From assembly GCA_040003165.1 (NCBI GenBank), contig JBDUDC010000001.1, forward strand, positions 1 through 54,638: DNA of 54,638 bases, read 5' to 3'. Source of the DNA: Chloroflexota bacterium. GTDB lineage: Bacteria; Chloroflexota; Limnocylindria; QHBO01. Numbering within the stretch: the stretch's first letter is position 1; each line of letters begins with the position of its first letter. Made by a program: the position numbers and the translations under genes. The notes beneath the pieces were generated by a model, which was given only the letters and a program-made list of their open reading frames with translations, was not told the DNA's origin and did not search any database. This document shows, in pieces, positions 1 to 8,468 of the stretch.

Positions 1-566
1 AGGAAGAACTCGCGCGAGCCGACCGACGGGCCGATGCAGTCGTACAGCAGCGCAGAATCGGTCTGGTCCTTGAATCGCAGCTGGCTGAGGATGCTCGACC
101 GGCGCTTCCAGAGATTGTCCGGCTCGCTCCATGCGCGCATGACAGGCGCCACCTCGGCCGGGTGCGCGAGCAGGATCGGGCCGATTCGATCGCTGGCGAT
201 CTCGTCGACGTAGTCCCACCAGGCCCCGGTCACGACTAGCTCCTCGTAGAGCGGCAGCAGCTTTGGGGTCTGAAAGGCTCGCGCTCTTCGGTCACCGGCG
301 AGGATCAGGGCCGCGTACCGCTCCTCCCGGAAGCGTGCGCCGCGCCAGAGGCCCAGCACCTCGTCGCGCCACGCGGCGAGCGATGGCAGCGCAACCTCGC
401 CAAAGACCCTCCGGGCGACCGCCTTGAGCAGCGGGCTCGGCACGCCGTGGAACGGCATCGCCGACTTCATGTAACCCTGCATCCGCGGCGCCCTCTGTGG
501 GTCGGCGACGTTGGTCAGCTCGGCGCGGAGCTGCCGCAGGAGCGGTGTGCCGGGCGCAATCGCCAT
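1..566 (-). CDS. DNA alkylation repair protein (AlkD-like HEAT-repeat family), 3' end cut by window edge
   Basis: Not in the ORF track because it runs off the window. Hand translation of the minus strand from the ATG at 566 gives MAIAPGTPLLRQLRAELTNVADPQRAPRMQGYMKSAMPFHGV...TGAWWDYVDEIASD...NLWKRRSSILSQLRFKDQTDSALLYDCIGPSVGSREFF. High GC3; typical AlkD-family motifs. Confidence 0.75.
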   Translation of the reverse strand, partial: MAIAPGTPLLRQLRAELTNVADPQRAPRMQGYMKSAMPFHGVPSPLLKAVARRVFGEVALPSLAAWRDEVLGLWRGARFREERYAALILAGDRRARAFQTPKLLPLYEELVVTGAWWDYVDEIASDRIGPILLAHPAEVAPVMRAWSEPDNLWKRRSSILSQLRFKDQTDSALLYDCIGPSVGSREFF

Positions 567-637
567 CGCACGAGTATCGTTCAGCGCCGGAGGAACGCTT
601 GGCACAAGACGACGGATACGCCCGCCTCGCCCAGGGC

Positions 638-1894
638 ATGGCGAAGATGGCTGACCATCCGTGGACGCGCCGTCAATTCCTGTGGGCCAGTTGGCTCGGG
701 GCGGCCGCGTTCCTTGCCGCATGCGCCGCTACCACCGTTCGGCGCCCCAGCCCCAGCGTGCCGCCGAGCGCCACCACCGCCGCGACGCCGTCGCCAACGC
801 CATCGCCGACCTCGTCGCCGACGGCAGAGCCGTCCCCGAGCCCGCGCCCGAAGCCGGATCTGCGAACCCGGATCGGCCAGATGCTGCTGGTGGGTTTTCG
901 GGGCCTGACCGTCGACGACCAGTCCCTGATCGTCCAGGACATCCGCGACCGCGGGCTCGGCGGGGTCGTGCTCTTCGACTTCGACACGCCGACCAACAGC
1001 CCGGTCCGCAATGTCCAGTCGCCCGCGCAGCTGAAGGCGCTGGTTGCGGCGCTCAAGTCGGCCGTCGCGGCGGGTGGGTCGCCGCTACTGGTCAGCATCG
1101 ACGAGGAGGGGGGCCGGGTGGCTCGCCTCGACCAGCGACACGGCTTCCCCGCCACCGAGTCCGCTGCCGCGCTCGGCGCGCGCAATGGTCCGGCGTACAC
1201 CCGGCAACGCTCAACGGCGATGGGCGCCACCCTGGCGTCGATCGGCATCAACCTCAACCTCGCGCCCGTCGTCGACCTGAACGTGAACCCGACCAATCCG
1301 ATCATCGGCGCGCTCGACCGCAGTTTCTCTGCGGACCCCGCCATCGTCACCGCCCAGGCGCTCGCATTCATCGCCGGCCAGCACGAGTCGCGGATCCAGA
1401 CCGCGCTCAAGCACTTTCCCGGCCACGGAAGCTCGACCGGTGACACGCATCTCGGCGTTGTCGACGTGACGAGCACATGGACCGATGTGGAGCTCCAGCC
1501 GTTCGCGTCGATCGTCGCGCAGCGCAAGGCCGATGCGATTCTGACCGCGCACGTGTTCAATGCGAACCTCGACCCAGACTATCCCGCCACGCTCTCGAAG
1601 GCGACTGTGACGGGCATCCTGCGCGGGCGGCTCGGCTACGACGGGGTCGTGATCAGCGACGACCTGCAGATGGGCGCCATCCGGCAGGCGTTCGGCTACC
1701 CGGAGGCGGTCGCGCTGGCGATCAGCGCGGGCGTCGACATCCTCACCATCGCCAACCAGCAGGTCGTCGAGGAAGGGATCGTTGCGCGCACGATCGAGAT
1801 CATCGCGGGGCACGTCGGCTCGGGTCGCCTGACCGAGGAGCGGATCGACGAATCGTGGGCCCGAATCCAGGCGCTCAAGGCGCGTGTGGGGTAA
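638..1894 (+). CDS. nagZ: Glycoside hydrolase family 3 beta-N-acetylhexosaminidase (NagZ-like) lipoprotein
   Basis: Inside ORF 497..1894. Likely start is the ATG at 638 or 647, giving MAKMADHPWTRRQFLW (Tat-like RR) plus lipobox LAAC and a Pro/Ser/Thr linker. GH3 motif KHFPGHGSSTGDTHLG. Confidence 0.85.
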   Translation: MAKMADHPWTRRQFLWASWLGAAAFLAACAATTVRRPSPSVPPSATTAATPSPTPSPTSSPTAEPSPSPRPKPDLRTRIGQMLLVGFRGLTVDDQSLIVQDIRDRGLGGVVLFDFDTPTNSPVRNVQSPAQLKALVAALKSAVAAGGSPLLVSIDEEGGRVARLDQRHGFPATESAAALGARNGPAYTRQRSTAMGATLASIGINLNLAPVVDLNVNPTNPIIGALDRSFSADPAIVTAQALAFIAGQHESRIQTALKHFPGHGSSTGDTHLGVVDVTSTWTDVELQPFASIVAQRKADAILTAHVFNANLDPDYPATLSKATVTGILRGRLGYDGVVISDDLQMGAIRQAFGYPEAVALAISAGVDILTIANQQVVEEGIVARTIEIIAGHVGSGRLTEERIDESWARIQALKARVG

Positions 1895-1991
1895 GGGAGA
1901 CTCTTCCTCGGTCCGGGTGGGTGCGGTGTGGTGAGGTTGGGTACGCTTCCGTGCGGTTGCGCAATCGGTCGGGTCGGGTTCTCATTGATTC

Positions 1992-2678
1992 ATGGACCGA
2001 CGCGATGTTGCCCCGCGCCCGCCCGCCGACATGCCGGACCCCTATGGAACCTTCTCCGTGGCCGTTCACCGCGTGCGTCAGGGCGAGGACGTGCTGACCC
2101 TGATCGATCCGGCCGCCGCACAGCGCGACCCGGCCCGGTTCGGCGCGTGGCTCAGCGCGCGTCTCAGCGTGAGCGAGCTGCAGCGCCTGATGCTGCCTCC
2201 CTGCGACGCGCGATGCCGATCCAGCCCGCATCGGCCGGACGCCTACGTGGTCCTGGCCGACATTGCCCTGGACCCGACCCAGCCGCGCAGCCAGTCCCGC
2301 TGGGAAGGCTGGAACGCGACGCTGCAGCGTGAATATCAGTCGGGACGGATCCTGTTCGCCGGAACGCCGGCCAACGCCGCCACCCGTCCAGACCGGCGGC
2401 TGAAGGCCGGCACCCGCCTGACTAGAGTCACCGCCACGGATCCGTTCTGGGTGCATTACGACGCGGTGCCGCGCGAGATGCTGTTTCGGATCGCGAGCGG
2501 CCGGCATACGGGTGACACGCTGATCGCGGTGACCTTCGGCTCGTCGCCCCTGCTCCCAGGGCTCGCCGGCGCGTTGATCGTGCCCGAGCACCCGCCGGTC
2601 CACGACGCGATGGTGGCGGAGCGACTCCTGGCCGCCGGCTGGGCCGCGGTTGAGCGCGGCCTCCCGTACGAGGAGTAG
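1992..2678 (+). CDS. Hypothetical protein
   Basis: 228-aa ORF with strong GC3 bias in this frame. No domain recognised. The start could also be the internal Met at about 2031. Confidence 0.5.
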   Translation: MDRRDVAPRPPADMPDPYGTFSVAVHRVRQGEDVLTLIDPAAAQRDPARFGAWLSARLSVSELQRLMLPPCDARCRSSPHRPDAYVVLADIALDPTQPRSQSRWEGWNATLQREYQSGRILFAGTPANAATRPDRRLKAGTRLTRVTATDPFWVHYDAVPREMLFRIASGRHTGDTLIAVTFGSSPLLPGLAGALIVPEHPPVHDAMVAERLLAAGWAAVERGLPYEE

Positions 2679-2682
2679 CTCC

Positions 2683-2901
2683 CTAGAGCTTTGCCCCGGA
2701 GCGGTCCTTTGGCACACGGCGGGCCGGCCGCTCCGGCGGAAGATCGACCCGCAGGCCGTCGAGGGTCAGCTGTGTGCGCTGGGAATGCTGCTCGATCGTC
2801 TCCTGGATGGGCGTGCGGTGCAGGATCTTCTGCTCCAACCCGACCAGGAAGGCGCCGACCGACGGCAGGTTCGGCAGCGGGGTGCGCGATTTTTCGGCCA
2901 T
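2683..2901 (-). CDS. Small hypothetical protein (72 aa)
   Basis: Internal ATG of ORF 2683..3018 (MAEKSRTPLPNLPSVGAFLVGLEQKIL...). High GC3. Convergent with the previous gene. No family recognised. Confidence 0.35.
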   Translation of the reverse strand: MAEKSRTPLPNLPSVGAFLVGLEQKILHRTPIQETIEQHSQRTQLTLDGLRVDLPPERPARRVPKDRSGAKL

Positions 2902-3032
2902 CGCCGCCACTCTCGCGTCGAGAGCCCCGGCTGTCAATCGACCGTGCGGCCTCTCCGCACCCCGTTCACATCCTGCGCACAACCGCGCCCCAGGCTGAGG
3001 GTCATCGAACCCAACCACACAGGAGACTATTC

Positions 3033-3380
3033 ATGTTCGGAAGCGCATTGTTTCGAGCCATCGCAGCGCTGGTGCTGATCGGGCTCGTCGTCCTCATCGG
3101 GGTGAACCTGTACGACGCAGGGGTGGCGCAGGGCATCGCCGAGGCAGGCCGAACGGCGGTCAGCTCGGGCCAGCCCGTGCCGGTTGCCTACTACCCGGGT
3201 CCGCACTGGGGCTACGGTGGCGGATTCGGCTTCTTCTGGCCGATCTTCTGGATCATCGGCATCTTCCTGATCTTCGGGCTGCTGCGCGGTGGTCGCGGCC
3301 GATGGGGAGGCCACCACGGCGGCGGCCTTGAGGACTGGCACCGTCGCGCGCACCAGGGCGGCGACGACAAGGCCGCCTGA
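3033..3380 (+). CDS. Small Gly-rich integral membrane protein (115 aa)
   Basis: ATG at 3033 preceded by AGGAG (acaggagactattcATG). Two hydrophobic segments and a GGRGRWGGHHGGG tail. Lies directly upstream of the two-component system. Confidence 0.55.
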   Translation: MFGSALFRAIAALVLIGLVVLIGVNLYDAGVAQGIAEAGRTAVSSGQPVPVAYYPGPHWGYGGGFGFFWPIFWIIGIFLIFGLLRGGRGRWGGHHGGGLEDWHRRAHQGGDDKAA

Positions 3381-3417
3381 GCCCGCGGAGGCGGGCGGCC
3401 ACCCGGGCGTCCGCCCG
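3381..3417 (+). terminator. GC-rich hairpin(s) directly after the stop codon (possible terminator or attenuator)
   Basis: GCCCGC-GGAG-GCGGGC (3381-3396), with an alternative pairing CGGGCGG...CCGCCCG (3392-3417). No T tract, as is common in high-GC genomes. Confidence 0.3.
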
Positions 3418-3422
3418 AGGGC

Positions 3423-3428
3423 TAGGAT
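3423..3428 (+). promoter_or_regulatory. -10-like box TAGGAT, 11 nt upstream of the response regulator ATG
   Basis: gGCTAGGATCGGCggacgacATG. It has the same GCTAGnATCGGC context as at 48892 and 53240. Confidence 0.3.
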
Positions 3429-3439
3429 CGGCGGACGAC

Positions 3440-4117
3440 ATGCACCAGATTCTGATCGTTGACGACGAGCCGAAGATCACGCGGCTCGTCGGCGATTACC
3501 TTACCGATGCCGGCTTCGCCGTGACGGTCGCACGCGATGGACGCGAGGCGCTGATGCGAGCGAGGACCGAGCGGCCCGACCTGATCGTGCTCGACCTCGG
3601 CCTGCCCGGCCTCGACGGGCTTGACGTCACGCGCGCCCTGCGGCGTGACGCCGGGGTGCCGATCATCATGCTCACCGCCCGCGCGGCCGAGGCTGATCGC
3701 GTTGTTGGGCTCGAGCTCGGCGCGGACGACTACGTGACCAAGCCGTTCAGCCCGCGGGAGCTGGTTGCGCGCGTCCGGGCCGTACTGCGGCGCCACGAGC
3801 TCAACGTCGGGAGCGAGCTGCTGCGGGCCGCGGATCTCACCCTCGACGTCCCGCGAATGCGGGTCGAGGCCGCCGGCCGGCGCATCGATCTCACGCCGAC
3901 CGAGTTCGCGCTCCTCGAGGCGCTCGCCCGACAGCCCGGCCGCGTCTTCACCCGCTCCCAGCTGCTCGACGCGATTCACGGCGTCGCATTCGAGTCCTAC
4001 GAGCGGGCCATCGACGCGCACGTGAAGAACATCCGACGCAAGCTGGAGTCGGATCCCCGTCGGCCGCGCTACCTGCTCACCGTCTACGGGGTCGGATATC
4101 GGCTTGCCGATGCCTGA
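3440..4117 (+). CDS. OmpR/PhoB-family DNA-binding response regulator
   Basis: Receiver domain (ILIVDDEP...DLIVLDLGLPGLDG...KPF) followed by a winged-helix output (LTPTEFALLEAL...YLLTVYGVGYRL). Confidence 0.92.
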   Translation: MHQILIVDDEPKITRLVGDYLTDAGFAVTVARDGREALMRARTERPDLIVLDLGLPGLDGLDVTRALRRDAGVPIIMLTARAAEADRVVGLELGADDYVTKPFSPRELVARVRAVLRRHELNVGSELLRAADLTLDVPRMRVEAAGRRIDLTPTEFALLEALARQPGRVFTRSQLLDAIHGVAFESYERAIDAHVKNIRRKLESDPRRPRYLLTVYGVGYRLADA

Positions 4118-5240
4118 GTGGCGCCGCGGCCCGCACGGTCGTCGAGGGCGGCCCCCGTGGTGGCCGGAGGGCGAATCGTGGCCCCCGCGCGGCCCCGCTG
4201 CGGCCGAGGGCTGGCGCCGGATGCGAGCGCGCATGTTCTGGCGCATCGGCTGCGCGCTGGCGTTCCTGGTTCTCCTGGGGGCGGCGGCGGGCACGCTCCT
4301 GGTCCTGGCGCTCTCGCGATCGTGGGTCGGGGGGCTTATTGCCGTTCTTGTGCTGATCGCCGCCTTCCTGGTGATCGGGTCGCTGCGACGTGCGGCGGGG
4401 CCCGTGGCGGACCTGGTAGCGGCCGCCGAGCGGGTTGAGGCAGGGGACTACTCCGGGCGGCTGGCCGAGCGCGGGCCCTGGGAGATCCGCTCGGTGACGC
4501 GCGCCTTCAATGCGATGAACGCCCGGCTGGAGGAGTCCAACGAGCAGCGCCGTCGCCTTCTTGCCGACCTGTCGCACGAGCTGCGCACGCCGCTCAGCGT
4601 GATCCAGGGCAACCTCGAAGGGCTGATCGACGGCGTCTACCCGGCCGATGCGGCTCACCTCGCCCCGATCCTCGAGGAGACGCACCTCCTCGAGCGCCTG
4701 ATCGAGGACCTGCGGACGCTGGCGCTGGCCGAGGCGGGCAGGCTGCGGCTGCGTCGCGAGCCCACTGATCTCGGGGCACTGCTGCAGGACATCGCCGCCG
4801 CGTTCGCCGCCCGGGCCGATGCGGCGGGAGTGGAGCTGGCGGTCGCGGCCTCGGGCGATTTGAGCTCGATCGAGCTCGACCCGACCCGCATTCACGAGGT
4901 GGTCGCCAACCTGCTCACCAACGCCCTGCGGCACACGCCGCGCGGCGGCCGGGTCGACATCACCGCGCGCGGAGACGCGGAGGGGGCTTCGGTCTCGGTC
5001 CGCGACAGCGGCAGCGGGATCGCGCCCGAGGCGCTGCCCCATGTCTTCGAACGCTTCTACCGAGCAAGCGACTCCGGCGGCAGCGGCCTGGGGCTGCCGA
5101 TCGCCCGGAGCCTGGTCGCCGCCCACGGCGGCGAGATGAGCGCGTCCAGCGCGCAGGGCGGGGGCACGACCATCGTATTCACGGTGCCTCGTGGATTGGC
5201 TGTGGACGAAGCGCCGACGGAGGCGGAAACTCGGGGATAA
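4104..5240 (+). CDS. Sensor histidine kinase (2 TM, HAMP, HisKA, HATPase_c)
   Basis: H-box LADLSHELRTPLS, N-box NLLTNALRHTP, and G-boxes DSGSGI and GSGLGL. Overlaps the RR stop (ATGCCTGA coupling). The last 16 codons and the stop codon lie inside repeat copy A. Confidence 0.9.
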   Translation: MPMPEWRRGPHGRRGRPPWWPEGESWPPRGPAAAEGWRRMRARMFWRIGCALAFLVLLGAAAGTLLVLALSRSWVGGLIAVLVLIAAFLVIGSLRRAAGPVADLVAAAERVEAGDYSGRLAERGPWEIRSVTRAFNAMNARLEESNEQRRRLLADLSHELRTPLSVIQGNLEGLIDGVYPADAAHLAPILEETHLLERLIEDLRTLALAEAGRLRLRREPTDLGALLQDIAAAFAARADAAGVELAVAASGDLSSIELDPTRIHEVVANLLTNALRHTPRGGRVDITARGDAEGASVSVRDSGSGIAPEALPHVFERFYRASDSGGSGLGLPIARSLVAAHGGEMSASSAQGGGTTIVFTVPRGLAVDEAPTEAETRG

Positions 5241-5398
5241 GGGGCCTTGTGGCCCGCGCACCCGGGGCATACATTGTTGGCGTCCCGAAGGGGCAGCGAA
5301 TACCGGTTCAGGAGATTGCATCAAGCGTTCCGGTACCGTTACGGTGGCTTCGGTCACCGCGTCGGGCGCCGTTCCTTCGGGGCATTGCCATGCCCGGC
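5191..5398 (+). repeat. Copy A of a ~200-nt hairpin-rich non-coding repeat element (possible MITE-like element or structured sRNA)
   Basis: Hand alignment to 15065-15273. The 105-nt core 5282-5386 has 6 mismatches, and the left arm 5191-5242 is about 41/52 identical. Contains UUCG tetraloop hairpins and shows no coding-type GC3. Confidence 0.7.
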
Positions 5399-5401
5399 GT
5401 T

Positions 5402-6055
5402 CTATCGGCTCGGAGATGCTTTCCAAGGCCAGCGAACGATGCTCGGTAGCGTTCCGGGGCCCGTCCGGGCAGCCCGGACCAGGTTGCCGCCGAAGGCGAC
5501 CACCGCCCCCGCGGCGATCAGCCAGAGGCCCACGCTCGCGCTCGCCGTCGCATAGCCGAACGCCTGGAGGTCGAACGCGGCTGCAGCGGCGCCGACCCGT
5601 CCGAGGTTGATCCAGAAGAGCAGGAGCGCGACCACGCTCAGCAGGCCGACCGCTGCCCGATTGAACTCGGTGGCGCCCTTCCTGCCGACGATCGCCAAAC
5701 CGGCGATCCCGATACCGATCGCGAGCGTGATCCAGCCGTCACCGCCGCCCTCGACTCCGCTGAAGCCCTGCCAGGTGCCGTCGACTGAGCTGGTCGTCAG
5801 CCACGGCAGGAGCGAGCCGAGGGCGACCAGCGCCCCGCCGCCGATGACAGCGCGCACGGGGCGCGAAAGGGCGTCGTACCAGGGCTGCGAGATCGCGTAA
5901 TTGGCGGCTGTCGGGACCGATGCCGCCCTTTCCTCGGCGCGCCCAGCGGCCGCGCCCCAGAAGTCGTAGGCGCAGCCCGTGCAGAACCGGATTGCGCCCT
6001 GCTTTGCGGCTCCGCAGGTCGGGCAATAGGCGAGTGGTGGTACGCGCGCGGCCAT
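5402..6055 (-). CDS. Zinc-ribbon domain membrane protein
   Basis: Internal ATG at 6055 (MAARVPPLAYCPTCGAAKQGAIRFCTGCAYDFW) followed by about 4 hydrophobic segments. High GC3. Confidence 0.6.
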   Translation of the reverse strand: MAARVPPLAYCPTCGAAKQGAIRFCTGCAYDFWGAAAGRAEERAASVPTAANYAISQPWYDALSRPVRAVIGGGALVALGSLLPWLTTSSVDGTWQGFSGVEGGGDGWITLAIGIGIAGLAIVGRKGATEFNRAAVGLLSVVALLLFWINLGRVGAAAAAFDLQAFGYATASASVGLWLIAAGAVVAFGGNLVRAARTGPGTLPSIVRWPWKASPSR

Positions 6056-6158
6056 GGATGCGAGGCTACGCCTGATTATTGGGCTGGGGAGTGGCCCGAA
6101 TGGACTATGCCGTCCCGGCCGACGCGCGCGCCCGGCGCGCGTTGCGGCGTGACGCAGA

Positions 6159-8435
6159 ATGGGGGACATGACGCGCAGCGAGACCCCTCGACGCGTGGGC
6201 GAGCCAGCGACGGTGCGCGTCGCGATGTGGAGCTCCCGTCACCGATGGCCGGTTGCCGGGGCCTGGTTCGTGTTCACCATCGGCCTTTTCGCCCTCAGCC
6301 AGGTGCTGGGCGGCATCCGCACCGACGACCCGAACGGCAGCCCGGAGGACGTGAAGACCGAGTCGGCGCGGGCATACGAGGCGTTCGGCGCCAGCGGCAG
6401 TGACACGCCGTCGGAGTCGGTGACGGTGGTCGTGACGCACCCGACCCTCCACGTCACCGATCCCGCCTTCCGGGCCTTCGTCACCAAGACCGTGAGCGAG
6501 CTGGCCGCATTGACGGTCAGCCAGTCCGGTCAGACGATCGGGGCCTTCGACCAGGTCGAGGATCCGATTACCGCCCCGCCGGAGTCCGGGCTCGTCTCGC
6601 CGGACGGGTCGGCGGCCCGCATCCTCGGCCACATCAAGGGCGATCAGGCCACCATCGACGCGCACCTCGTGCCGGTGAGGCCTGCAATCGCGTCGATCGA
6701 GGCGGATGCGGGCGCGTTCATCGTCCACTCGATCAGCGGCACGCTCACCAACGAGGACATCACCAAGCTGATCAACAGCAGCCTCGATCGGACCTTCGCG
6801 ACCATCGGTCTGACCTTCATCATCCTGCTGATCACCTTCGGCGCCCTCGTCGCGTCGCTGATCCCGCTCTTGCTGGCAACCACCGCCTTGCTGGCGGCAT
6901 TCGGAATCCTGGGCATCTTCAGCCAGGCCATCACGCCGGCAAGCCCGTACGCAACCCAGCTGGTGGTGCTCATCGGCCTCGCCGTGTCGGTCGACTACTC
7001 GCTCTTCATGATCACGCGCTTCCGCTCGGAGCGCCGCCGTTGCGTCGACAAGCTGCTCGCGATCGAGACCGCCAGCAGCACGGCCGGTCGGGCGGTCTTC
7101 TTCAGCGGCCTCGCGGTGATGATCTCGATCGCCAGCCTGTTCATGATCGACGTCTCGATCTTCCGGTCGATGGCGATCGGCACCATCGGCGTGATTCTGG
7201 TGGCAGTCATCGGGAGCCTCACCTTCCTGCCCGCCACGCTCGCGATCCTCGGAGATCGCATCAATGCCGGGCGCATCCCGTTCTTTGGCCGCGATCGAGC
7301 CGAGGGCAGCGGGCTGTGGTCGATGCTGGTATCGGCCGTCATGCGGAGGCCGATTCGACTCGCGCTGGTGGCGACAGCGGCCCTGCTGGCCCTGGCCGCT
7401 CCGACGCTGCACCTGAGGATCGGGGTGACCGACTTCACTTCATTCCCCGAGCAGATTGACGGCGTCCAGGCTGTGAAGCTGCTCAATGCGAAATGGCCGC
7501 AGGGGAGCACCCTCGATCTGTCGGTCGTGGTCACCGGCTTCGATCGGGCCGATGTGAAGGCGGCGGTCGATGCGTTTCAGACCACCGGGCTCAAGGTCCC
7601 GGGGCTGAGTGGCCCGGCGCATGTCAACACATCGCGCGATGGCAACGTCGCGCTCATCTCATTCACCCTGGCCGGCACGCAGAACGACCCGGCCAGCCAG
7701 GCGGTCGTGCGCCACATACGCGCCGATGTCGTCCCGAAGGCGTTCGGCGGCCTCCCCGGTGTGCACGCATATGTCACCGGCCAGGCGGCGCAGGCCATGG
7801 ACGTGACCCAGATCTACCTCGATGCCATGCCGCTCGTGTTCGCCTTTGTCCTCGGGCTCTCGTTCCTGCTCCTGCTGGTGGTCTTCCACTCACTGATCAT
7901 CCCGCTGAAGGCCCTGGCCCTGAACCTCCTCTCGACCGCCGCGGCCTTTGGGGTAATGGTGGCGGTCTTCCAGGATGGGATCGTCGGCCACGCCTTCGGC
8001 CTCGAGCAGTCGAGCGTCATCGAGAGCTGGGTGCCGATCTTCGTCTTCGCGATCCTGTTCGGCCTCTCGATGGACTACCACGTCTTCATCCTGACGCGGG
8101 TCAAAGAGGCCCGCGATCGTGGGCTCGACTCGCGGTCCGCGGTCGCGCGGGGGATCTCGATCACCGCCGGTACGGTCACCAGCGCGGCGACGATCATGGT
8201 GCTCGTCTTCGCGGCTTTCGTGACGATCCCATTCGCCTTCATCCAGGAGCTGGGCCTGGGGCTCGCCGTCGCGGTGCTGCTCGACGCCACGGTGGTGCGC
8301 AGCGTCCTGCTGCCGGCCAGCATGACCCTGCTCGGGGACTGGAACTGGTGGCTGCCGGGCTTCCTGCGCTGGCTGCCGCGGGTGACGATCGAAGGTGAGC
8401 CCGAAGCGCGTCCGGCGTCCGCTCCTTTGACGTAG
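6159..8435 (+). CDS. MMPL/RND-superfamily membrane transporter
   Basis: 758 aa with two 6-TM bundles separated by large loops and conserved SVDYSLF / SMDYHVFIL motifs. The start may instead be 6168. Confidence 0.9.
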   Translation: MGDMTRSETPRRVGEPATVRVAMWSSRHRWPVAGAWFVFTIGLFALSQVLGGIRTDDPNGSPEDVKTESARAYEAFGASGSDTPSESVTVVVTHPTLHVTDPAFRAFVTKTVSELAALTVSQSGQTIGAFDQVEDPITAPPESGLVSPDGSAARILGHIKGDQATIDAHLVPVRPAIASIEADAGAFIVHSISGTLTNEDITKLINSSLDRTFATIGLTFIILLITFGALVASLIPLLLATTALLAAFGILGIFSQAITPASPYATQLVVLIGLAVSVDYSLFMITRFRSERRRCVDKLLAIETASSTAGRAVFFSGLAVMISIASLFMIDVSIFRSMAIGTIGVILVAVIGSLTFLPATLAILGDRINAGRIPFFGRDRAEGSGLWSMLVSAVMRRPIRLALVATAALLALAAPTLHLRIGVTDFTSFPEQIDGVQAVKLLNAKWPQGSTLDLSVVVTGFDRADVKAAVDAFQTTGLKVPGLSGPAHVNTSRDGNVALISFTLAGTQNDPASQAVVRHIRADVVPKAFGGLPGVHAYVTGQAAQAMDVTQIYLDAMPLVFAFVLGLSFLLLLVVFHSLIIPLKALALNLLSTAAAFGVMVAVFQDGIVGHAFGLEQSSVIESWVPIFVFAILFGLSMDYHVFILTRVKEARDRGLDSRSAVARGISITAGTVTSAATIMVLVFAAFVTIPFAFIQELGLGLAVAVLLDATVVRSVLLPASMTLLGDWNWWLPGFLRWLPRVTIEGEPEARPASAPLT

Positions 8436-8468
8436 CGACGGCGGCCGCGGCATCCTCACTGGCGCTGG

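Noticed and set aside
4104-4117. Recurrent ATGCCTGA start/stop overlaps (4104-4117 region, 10117-10124, 46921-46928), considered as a possible sequence motif.
   Set aside because: This is ordinary translational coupling (an ATG followed by a TGA in the overlapping frame), common in compact high-GC operons. There is no evidence of function beyond coupling.
5249-5449. Apparently conserved small peptides inside the repeat elements: 5249..5449 vs 15115..15420 (GVPKGQRIPV.EIASSVPVP.RWLRSP...), plus 5247..5555 and 5191..5610.
   Set aside because: The conservation simply mirrors nucleotide identity. The differences between copies are non-synonymous, and third-position GC is far below that of genuine genes. 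There is no RBS.
6125-6141. Perfect palindrome CGCGCGCC-c-GGCGCGCG upstream of the MMPL gene.
   Set aside because: It is alternating CG low-complexity sequence, where such palindromes arise by chance in a ~70% GC genome. There is no second site or associated regulator gene.
6105-7412. Long antisense ORFs opposite confidently called genes, for example 6105..7412(-), 10732..12204(+), 20631..22538(-), 42643..44214(-), 45918..47552(-) and 53239..54555(-).
   Set aside because: They are Arg/Ala/Gly/Pro-rich low-complexity translations in frames without the GC3 bias of real genes. They lie opposite genes with clear family motifs. These are typical shadow ORFs of high-GC DNA.
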